40,000 nucleotides of DNA from an uncultured Acidobacteriaceae bacterium. GTDB lineage: Bacteria; Acidobacteriota; Terriglobia; Terriglobales; Acidobacteriaceae. Location of the stretch: positions 1,242,600 through 1,282,599 of the forward strand of contig CAVZBV010000002.1 of the NCBI GenBank assembly GCA_963773645.1, read 5' to 3'. The stretch's first letter is position 1, and each line of letters starts with the position of its first letter. The notes under the pieces are model-generated. The model did no database searches. It had not been told where the DNA came from and saw nothing but the letters and a program-made list of their open reading frames with translations. The position numbers and the translations under genes are program-made. Shown piece after piece: positions 19,254 through 26,338 of the stretch.

Positions 19254-20285
19254 TCAGCATGGTTGCCTCCCGGCAGAGCCCGCTTCCGTTTCACCCGGCG
19301 AGGTCATTGTAGCTGGCGTGGAAGAGGGTGCAAACCTCCAAGACGCCGTCTGCTGCCGTCGGAGTTGCCGCTGGCGACGAGCTTCTTCTAACTTGCGATC
19401 GCGAGCCGCGTGGATCTCGGCCTGTCGTCCGGCGAGCCGATCCTGCGGCGTCACATAGCCGATCGCACTGTGTAGGCGCATCGTGTTGTAGTGATCCACG
19501 TAGAGTTGAATCAAGCGGCGTGCATCGTCCAGCGTTAACGGAGTCAGTGTCCGGATGCACTCCCGCTTGAGCGACTTATGCCAGCGTTCGATCTTCCCGT
19601 TCGACTGCGGGTAAAACGGCGAAGTGCGCACGTGCGTCATCCCCGAGATGCGAATGAACTCCTTGAAGTCGCGCGCGATGAACTGCGGTCCGTTGTCGGA
19701 GATTATCCGCGGCCTGGCTTCCGGGTACTTTTCCTTGGCTCGTTCCAGAATCATCTCAATGTCGGCTTCCTTCATCGACTCCCGCAAATCCCAATGCACC
19801 AGAAAACGACTGTATCCATCCAGCACACTGCATAAGTAATAGAACGTGCCCGACAGGTTGATATAGGAAACATCGACGTGCCAGTGCTGGTGCGGCTGCA
19901 GCGGCTGTTCGAAGCCGGTCCCCTTGCGCGACGGCTTCGGTTTCCAGCGCGAGAGGAGTCCCGCTTGTTTCAACACTCGCCATACGCTCGCCGGACTCAC
20001 GGCCACCACATCGTGATCTAACATCATGAACGTAAGTCGCCGATAACCTTCCAATGGATTCTTCAGGTGGAAGCCGATGATGGCTTCCTTCTCCCACGGC
20101 TCCAGCCAAAAATCTCGGGGCACCCAACCGTTGTGCTCATTCGCCCGACCATAGCGCTGCCGCCAGTTGTAGAACTTACTCGCAGTGACGCCCAGCCAAT
20201 GAATGAATCGGCCGGCGCTGATCTCGGTCTTCTGCGACCAGCGCCGGACGAAATCCACCACCTGATCCCGCACATCGTGCGGCAC
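19254..20285 (-). CDS. IS3-family transposase OrfB
   Basis: Identical 343-aa DDE product. Confidence 0.9.
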   Translation of the reverse strand: MPHDVRDQVVDFVRRWSQKTEISAGRFIHWLGVTASKFYNWRQRYGRANEHNGWVPRDFWLEPWEKEAIIGFHLKNPLEGYRRLTFMMLDHDVVAVSPASVWRVLKQAGLLSRWKPKPSRKGTGFEQPLQPHQHWHVDVSYINLSGTFYYLCSVLDGYSRFLVHWDLRESMKEADIEMILERAKEKYPEARPRIISDNGPQFIARDFKEFIRISGMTHVRTSPFYPQSNGKIERWHKSLKRECIRTLTPLTLDDARRLIQLYVDHYNTMRLHSAIGYVTPQDRLAGRQAEIHAARDRKLEEARRQRQLRRQQTASWRFAPSSTPATMTSPGETEAGSAGRQPC

Positions 20286-20296
20286 CCAGGTCTCGG

Positions 20297-20611
20297 TCAG
20301 AGTTCCCCAAGGCTTTTTTTTAACGCGATGTGCTCCGCCATCAGCTCGGCCAGGACCTCGTCCTTGGTCTGCACCTTCTTCTCCAAGAACTCAATCCGCT
20401 TCTGCTTCTCCTCCGCCTGACGGCGAGGACGTTCCGGTGTTTGGAAGGCGGCCGCTCCGTTCTCGAAAAACTCTTTCTGCCAGCGGTAGAAAACCGTGGG
20501 TTGTAGCCCCAGTTCTTCACACAGATCGGAAACCGGGACCTTGTCCAAAAGATGGCGCCGTAGAACCGCCACTTTTTCCTCAGCAGTGTAGTGCTTGCGC
20601 TCTTTTTTCAT
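20297..20611 (-). CDS. IS3-family transposase OrfA
   Basis: Identical 104-aa product. Confidence 0.9.
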   Translation of the reverse strand: MKKERKHYTAEEKVAVLRRHLLDKVPVSDLCEELGLQPTVFYRWQKEFFENGAAAFQTPERPRRQAEEKQKRIEFLEKKVQTKDEVLAELMAEHIALKKSLGEL

Positions 20612-20963
20612 ACGTTCGCTCCGCTATCTTAACGGACGAACGCTTTCTCCATTTCCAACTGAGGCGGGACAGTCTGTGTTGAGTAGCTTTTTACCCTGGT
20701 CTCTCAGAGCATGTAAATAGCCCGATTGTGTCAACGGAGAGCACAATTTGGGTATGACTCCAACTCGGCTTTAGCCGCCCGATGCGAGGCCACAGGTTTT
20801 ACCACCTATTTCCACAGACCTGCCGCGATCCACAGCTTGACAATCTACTGCTCTCTGTTACAGTAGCCGCGACTCCCTGCCAATCCGGGACCGCCCGTCC
20901 CGCTCAAAGCCCCTCGTTGACAGCTCGTCTTGGGCTTACGTCAATTCCCGAGGAGCTTGCTTT

Positions 20964-21230
20964 ATGCCCCGTCGTATGTTTTCTACCGTTCCTTTTCCCA
21001 GTGGTGCATCCTCCCGCTCGATATGGGAGAAACTATATGAGCGTGCGATTCTGGAACTTGATTACGCAAAAGTGCCCGAGCGGATTGCTGAAGCTCGTCA
21101 GTCTATGCATGACAGGGCTGAAGAAATACTCACCGAGTCGTCGAGTAACGAACGAGGCGCTCTCAATAAGGCGCTGCGGAACTTAGGCTTACTTGAGGAA
21201 ATGACAGCGAGAGAAAAATCCATAGAATAG
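20964..21230 (+). CDS. small hypothetical protein
   Basis: 88 aa with GAGGAG 8 nt upstream. Helical sequence (EKLYERAILELDYAKVPERIAEARQSM...). No recognised motif. Confidence 0.45.
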   Translation: MPRRMFSTVPFPSGASSRSIWEKLYERAILELDYAKVPERIAEARQSMHDRAEEILTESSSNERGALNKALRNLGLLEEMTAREKSIE

Positions 21231-21443
21231 AACATCCCCTCTAACACCCCTTAAACCCGCGCGGCGACCTGCTCCGTACCTGCGATGGTTCCCACCACCG
21301 CATCAACTTGTCAACTGCGATCTCACTGCGATCTCACAAGATCGCGAACGGTGGGCGGCCAGCCTGGCGCTACCCACTCGCTATTGGCCCCCGCACACAT
21401 CACCACGCCTGCCCCACTCGCGCGCCCGGTCCACTCCGCGCAT

Positions 21444-21541
21444 CCCGCCCGCCCCACTCGCCAGCGCGCGGGCCCCGGCCCCAGGGTCCAAAGTTCCCGT
21501 GTGGGGGGTGTAGCACTTTTGCCGTCGCCATACACAAACCC
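21444..21541 (-). repeat. right terminal inverted repeat of element A (98 bp)
   Basis: Exact reverse complement of 9621-9718. Confidence 0.85.
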
Positions 21542-21555
21542 CATCCTTCGTTGAC
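21542..21555 (+). repeat. direct repeat copy 2 of CATCCTTCGTTGAC (shared junction between elements A and B)
   Basis: Sits exactly between the right TIR of A (ends 21541) and the left TIR of B (starts 21556). Confidence 0.8.
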
Positions 21556-21645
21556 GGGTAGGATGTGGCGACGGGAAAAACGGCTACACCCCCTCCCCGG
21601 AACTTGGACCCCAGAGGCCGGGGCCCGCGCGCGAGCGAGTGGGGC
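21556..21645 (+). repeat. left terminal inverted repeat of element B (90 bp)
   Basis: GGGTAGGATGTGGCGACGGGAAAAACGGCTACACCCCCTCCCCGGAACTTGGACCCCAGAGGCCGGGGCCCGCGCGCGAGCGAGTGGGGC is the exact reverse complement of 35874-35963. Confidence 0.85.
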
Positions 21646-21710
21646 AGGCGAACTGGGCCGGATGTACGAGCGATGGGCGAGTGGGTGAGCGTGGGTGCGA
21701 CGCGGCTTCT

Positions 21711-21902
21711 CTACCGGGAACGTTTGGCGGGCTTCCTCTTGAGAATGTCCTTGGCTGCTAGCCTTGCCAGACCGAGGATAATGCCGGAATTGCTGAGAAT
21801 GGCATCTGGCCACAGAGCATTAGCCGCCCTTTGGAGCGTGGAGAAATCCTCTGTATTCATCTTGACGTTTACTTGGACTGTACGTTTTCCGCCGGTTTCC
21901 AT
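21711..21902 (-). CDS. small protein, possibly ribbon-helix-helix DNA-binding
   Basis: 63 aa. KRTVQVNVKMNTEDFSTLQRAANAL fits a beta-strand plus helix RHH start. Located just inside the left TIR. Weak call. Confidence 0.35.
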   Translation of the reverse strand: METGGKRTVQVNVKMNTEDFSTLQRAANALWPDAILSNSGIILGLARLAAKDILKRKPAKRSR

Positions 21903-22012
21903 TTCCTCACTATCGTTACGTTCGTACCCTTTTGTAGCAACGATACTGTTGGTACCTTTCGTACCATGGACCGACAGCTATTCGGCACGGGGCCATTCGC
22001 AGGGAGTGCATT

Positions 22013-23176
22013 ATGAAACAGCAAATCATCCGAAGCAGGAAATCTGGTCACGTTTCTGTGACAACGCTGATACTGGCAATCGTAATAACTGCCGTTGTTG
22101 TGATTGGAGCTTCATTCTTCCTCTGGAAATCGAAAAGTGCTGCTACACGAATCTCCGCACCGCAACAATCGGGAGCAGTCCAGGAGCAACGTTCCACGGA
22201 GAAGAGTCAAGCCAGTCCGAAGTCGAGCACGGAACCACCGCGAGAGGTATCTGCCGAGGACATATTTAAGTCGGCATCGCCCAGTGTCGCTCTGATTGAG
22301 GTGTTCAATGAGTCAGGGGAACGGCTTGGCACGGCAAGTGGTTTCGTGGCAAGCGATAACGGGGCGGTCATCACTAATTATCACGTGATTAGGGGTGCAT
22401 ATTCGGCAAATGCTCATTTTCAGGACGGCAGCACACGTTCTGTTGAAGGTGTAATTGGCCATGACCCCTATCGCGATGTGGCTGTCGTTAAAGTTAGCGA
22501 TGTCGGAGCGAAACCTCTGACTCTCGGTGACTCAGAGCATGTGCAGGTTGGTGACAAAGTAACCGCGATAGGGTCGCCTCTGGCCTTAGAGAACACAGTC
22601 TCCGATGGGCTAGTGAGCGGGATTCGGAACGGAGTGATTCAAACCAGTACACCGATTAGCCCTGGATCGAGCGGCGGGCCGTTCTTCAATTCGTACGGTG
22701 AAGTCGTCGGAATTGCGGTTGCGACTGCTACTTTCAAAGGCCCCGAGAACATGAATCTTGCCGAGAACGTAAATTTTGCAGTTCCGATCAATTGGGCAAA
22801 AACCTATCTGCACGACTCCACGATCACTTCACTTGCCGATCTCGCGAAACAAAACACCGTTGTGAAACAGGTACTAGGTTCGACCATTTCCGTTCCAGCG
22901 CACCAACGTCGTGTTCTGCCGATTGTCGTCAATCCACACCAAATGTCGAACGCTGAACTCAAAGGGTCGTTTTCTTCCAGAGGCGGTGTGGACGGCGTTA
23001 TTCGGATCATGGTGCTCAACCAAAACAGTGTTGTTTATGACTCAGGTCGAACCGCAACCGGAACAGTTCACCTACCACTTAGAGCGGGAACCTACCAGTT
23101 GGTACTTGATAACACTAGATCGGCGCTATTTCCTCGGAGCGTGACATCTGACTTTAGCTTGCGCTATGTGAAATAG
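22013..23176 (+). CDS. membrane-anchored trypsin-like (S1/HtrA-type) serine protease with an unknown C-terminal domain
   Basis: N-terminal TM helix (VTTLILAIVITAVVVIGASFFLW). Catalytic triad contexts TNYHVIRG, RDVAVVKV, PGSSGGPFF. GGGAG lies upstream of the ATG. No PDZ recognised; the last ~120 aa are uncharacterised. Confidence 0.85.
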   Translation: MKQQIIRSRKSGHVSVTTLILAIVITAVVVIGASFFLWKSKSAATRISAPQQSGAVQEQRSTEKSQASPKSSTEPPREVSAEDIFKSASPSVALIEVFNESGERLGTASGFVASDNGAVITNYHVIRGAYSANAHFQDGSTRSVEGVIGHDPYRDVAVVKVSDVGAKPLTLGDSEHVQVGDKVTAIGSPLALENTVSDGLVSGIRNGVIQTSTPISPGSSGGPFFNSYGEVVGIAVATATFKGPENMNLAENVNFAVPINWAKTYLHDSTITSLADLAKQNTVVKQVLGSTISVPAHQRRVLPIVVNPHQMSNAELKGSFSSRGGVDGVIRIMVLNQNSVVYDSGRTATGTVHLPLRAGTYQLVLDNTRSALFPRSVTSDFSLRYVK

Positions 23177-23339
23177 GAACAGGAACACCCAGAATTAGAA
23201 GTGCGGGCTGAAGGTCCTCCGGTAGCGAAATTGCCGAGACGCCAGCAACTTACTAAGGACTGTTGGGGCAAAAGTACCAGATTCTTTTACACGGAAGGCA
23301 ACGTAACCAACAGGAACTCTTGAACCAAAAGGGGGATTT

Positions 23340-23780
23340 ATGAAACGCTTCACAGCACAGCTGGTCCTGGTAGTTGCGGTGACGCTTTCCGCGTCGATGG
23401 CAAACGCAGCGATGACAGGTGCCAGTCTTGAAAAACTTTGTACTAGTTGGACTGTAGACGCAAGCCTAGCCGCGTCGGTTGGCCCCGGCAAGACTTACGA
23501 AAACCTGGATGGGTTTAGAAATGCCACTTGGTGCCAAGCATACATCGGAGGTTACGGGGCCGGTATCAAAGGCGCGATGGGAACCGACGACAAGGGCATC
23601 ATGGGCACCTACACTATTGAACAGGGAGTTACTCCGCCGCAAGTTGTCAAAGTATTCAAACAGTACATTGCGAACCATCCAGAAGAAGAGAACAAACCCG
23701 CTGGCGATGTGTTATACCACGCCATGACCAGCTCCGGGCTACTCACCCTGGTAGTGGAAGAGAAATCAGGCAATCAATGA
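23340..23780 (+). CDS. small secreted protein, unknown function (faint resemblance to Rap1a/Tai4-type immunity proteins)
   Basis: Signal peptide MKRFTAQLVLVVAVTLSASMANA. The pattern TGASLEKLC...WCQAYIGGYG recalls the C...C-x-Y-I-x-G pattern of Rap1a-like domains, from memory only. Confidence 0.6.
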   Translation: MKRFTAQLVLVVAVTLSASMANAAMTGASLEKLCTSWTVDASLAASVGPGKTYENLDGFRNATWCQAYIGGYGAGIKGAMGTDDKGIMGTYTIEQGVTPPQVVKVFKQYIANHPEEENKPAGDVLYHAMTSSGLLTLVVEEKSGNQ

Positions 23781-23898
23781 AAACCTTTAAGACTTTTTCA
23801 AAACACAGATAGCGGCAGCGTAGGATTCGGAGACTCCGAGTGTCGACGATATAGCAGAAATCGTAATCTCGGCGATTATCTTCGACACCTGCCCGACC

Positions 23899-25392
23899 TT
23901 AGTCCACCGTCACATCCCGAGTTTCCTTCATTCCTAAATACGATCGGAACATAGGGTGTACCTGAAAACGCGGTATATTACGGAGATTCAAATTCCCCAA
24001 CTGGTGAGGGCCCACGTAGCTGCTCCCGCTTCGACGAACAGCCTTGATACCCCCAACAGCTTGCGCACGAAGGAAACCGATTCGCCAGAGGATGTCAATT
24101 AACAGATCTGGTTCCTGATTATGGACCCAGCCAGCATCCTGATGCAGACCGTACTCACCAGTTGTTATAGCTAAACAAAGAAGGTCGAGCTCGTCACGTT
24201 TGAAGCCATAAGAGCGACCCCGAAACACGTCAAAAATGCTGGATAGGCCAGGGTACTGGAACCGATATTCAGCGGAGATGTCATTCGTTCTAGCCTCGGA
24301 GTATCCACTCTCAGCTTGGCTGATCACCCGATACTCGATAGGCCAGACTTCAGCGCTGCGACTTTCCTCCAAAGCATCGGTACAAAATTGTATGATCTCG
24401 CGCGGACGATATAGAGTTCGGTCCACCAAATAATTAAAGGACTTAGCTCCCCGATAGTCGAGAGTGTCCACAAAAACGGAGTTCCAACAGTCCGTATCAT
24501 CACTTGAAATGAGACCAGGTACAGTGTGGCGGATACGCTTAGCGACGAGCTCAAGCAACATCGTTTCATTCCAATTTATGGTTTCCATTACATCGCGATA
24601 CTTCTGCGCATCCTCGTAAAGTGACGGAATGCTGTCGTAAAGTTCTTTGCGCAAAGTAACGAGCACTCGAACCGGTTTGGTCACCTCATTGATTGAAACT
24701 GCCGCTTGGAACAATCCGGCGACGAATGCCTTAGCATCTTCGGACGCGTCCCATCCGCGATCCAGCTCATCTACTAGAACGACCACTTTCTGGCGACTAC
24801 AAATCTCGGCTATCCCTGGCAAAAGCGGCTCGATCTCTTCGAGTTTATAAAGACGAAAGAGTTCTTTCGATTTGACAGCCGTTTCATACTTACCAACCTT
24901 TAGCCCCTCCATTCTCTTCAGATAAGAAACTAAGGTCCCAATTGGATTGGTTTGCTCCCCACTGTGATTGTCTCGTAGATACTCGTAAATCTTCGCGGCA
25001 GCCCCGGTCTTTAGTCGACGGCCTTGCTTATTGAGGCCCTTCATTACAAGGACGTAAATCAGATACTTCCAGGCTGCTGCATATGCACCCTGTTTTGCCC
25101 AAGCACCCTCCGTTTCATGTTTCATGATAGATGACAGCATTTCGTAGGAATAATTTTCGGGTGCAAGCTCAATGACGAGGGAGCCCTTCGCGCGTTCTCG
25201 CTCAGCGACCATTTTGAAAATTGCACTCTTACCTGAGCCCCTATTTCCTAAAATTACAAACTTTTCTCCAGCAAGTACCCGACGAAAGGTTTCTGATTCA
25301 ACGAAGTATTCACGTAATCCTCTATCTATGTCACGCTCTGCCGCCGGGGCTCCAAAGCTAAGCGACTTGAAACCGTGAGGCATAATACTCAT
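23899..25392 (-). CDS. P-loop NTPase (KAP/STAND-like), unknown function
   Basis: Walker A ILGNRGSGKSA and Walker B VVVLVDELDRGWD, followed by a long helical C-terminal region. 497 aa. Confidence 0.8.
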   Translation of the reverse strand: MSIMPHGFKSLSFGAPAAERDIDRGLREYFVESETFRRVLAGEKFVILGNRGSGKSAIFKMVAERERAKGSLVIELAPENYSYEMLSSIMKHETEGAWAKQGAYAAAWKYLIYVLVMKGLNKQGRRLKTGAAAKIYEYLRDNHSGEQTNPIGTLVSYLKRMEGLKVGKYETAVKSKELFRLYKLEEIEPLLPGIAEICSRQKVVVLVDELDRGWDASEDAKAFVAGLFQAAVSINEVTKPVRVLVTLRKELYDSIPSLYEDAQKYRDVMETINWNETMLLELVAKRIRHTVPGLISSDDTDCWNSVFVDTLDYRGAKSFNYLVDRTLYRPREIIQFCTDALEESRSAEVWPIEYRVISQAESGYSEARTNDISAEYRFQYPGLSSIFDVFRGRSYGFKRDELDLLCLAITTGEYGLHQDAGWVHNQEPDLLIDILWRIGFLRAQAVGGIKAVRRSGSSYVGPHQLGNLNLRNIPRFQVHPMFRSYLGMKETRDVTVD

Positions 25393-25610
25393 GTTGTTAA
25401 ACCAGAATTTCTTTTGTTGATTTCCAAATCGGCACCATTCTACGCCTATTCTCGCGTCGAATACACATTTGTGAACGTGGTAAGATAGACCCTAATTGTG
25501 ATTCATGTTCAAAGTCAGACCGTACGCTCGTCTACTTATCCGGTAAAATGCCGACGAGTCTGCGCAAGCGCCTGCCAGTGCTGATGGGATTTGTGATCCG
25601 TACTGACGAT

Positions 25611-26126
25611 TCATGGTGCAAAGAGCGCCTTCAGGAACAGAGCGCCAGCTAGCAGCGGGAGCCAGGTCTTGACCTCACGTAAGGAACGTGCCAGCATCTC
25701 AATCCCTCTGGTGAACGGCCACGGACTATCCTGCCCAAAGGCGGCAGTACATTCTCTTGCCCAACGATCCGGGTTTTGAGCCGCGTACTTGATTCTGCGT
25801 CGGTGCAATTCACCCATCAACTTGGCCCCGGCCAAGCTGATCGCGAGACTCAGTATCACGAGGCCAAGCGAACTCTTTGCCCAAAGATTGTTCAAGATCG
25901 TCTGAACAGAGCCGAATGCCGCCCAGTTGGCACCAATTAACGCCAAGGACAACTGGAAACTGCTATCGGTGAGCTTACCAGTCCAATACTCGAAGTCTTG
26001 TTTCACGGCCCTCTGCGCTTCACCAGGGTTGGCGTAGAGGGCCACAATGTGCCTCTGGGATTCCGTGACTTTGTCCGTTCCGACCGAAGAAGAATTCGAT
26101 GACCCCTCAACCACGATGCCCTCCAC
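25611..26126 (-). CDS. integral membrane protein, unknown function
   Basis: 171 aa from a GTG start. Hydrophobic segments FQLSLALIGANWAAFG, SSLGLVILSLAISLAGA, WLPLLAGALFLKALF. Same strand as, and upstream of, the NTPase gene. The start is uncertain. Confidence 0.55.
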   Translation of the reverse strand: MEGIVVEGSSNSSSVGTDKVTESQRHIVALYANPGEAQRAVKQDFEYWTGKLTDSSFQLSLALIGANWAAFGSVQTILNNLWAKSSLGLVILSLAISLAGAKLMGELHRRRIKYAAQNPDRWARECTAAFGQDSPWPFTRGIEMLARSLREVKTWLPLLAGALFLKALFAP

Positions 26127-26338
26127 CGGCCCCGTTCCTCTTTCTTGCCGCCTTCTTTGCTACCTTTTTCTTTGCTGGCCTCTTTTTCTTTGCTGGCCTC
26201 TTTTTCGACGCCTTTTTCATGGCCACGTTTCGCCTCCGTTTGGATATTACCGATCTCGCATTGCTGCTGCACACTTATGCTACACCCACGAATGTTAGAC
26301 GAAGGAAAGCGCCAGTCTGTTCTGAATTTGTAACAAGA

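Larger units (their letters stand above)
19068..20671 (-). mobile_element. IS3-family insertion sequence, full copy (1604 bp), inverted relative to copy 16117-17720
   Basis: Same IRs and identical ORF set on the opposite strand. Its IRR faces the IRR of copy 16117-17720 across 1.35 kb. Confidence 0.92.
9621..21541. mobile_element. casposon-like element A, decayed (TIR-bounded; polB remnant, no cas1; RM cargo; four IS insertions)
   Basis: Bounded by a perfect 98-bp inverted repeat and flanked by the 14-bp direct repeat. Its TIR is related to that of the Cas1/PolB-encoding neighbour. It contains a fragment paralogous to that neighbour's polB. Confidence 0.7.

Noticed and set aside
21285-21813. 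ORFs of 89-137 aa on both strands across the A/B junction, plus the 234-aa ORF at 21565-22269 and the ORFs at 9032-9736, 9505-9801, 9649-10212 and 35756-35956
   Set aside because: They lie in TIR or junction DNA. Their Pro/Arg/Gly-rich low-complexity translations are typical of GC-rich non-coding sequence, they mirror each other between repeat copies, and some run into real genes in the wrong frame.
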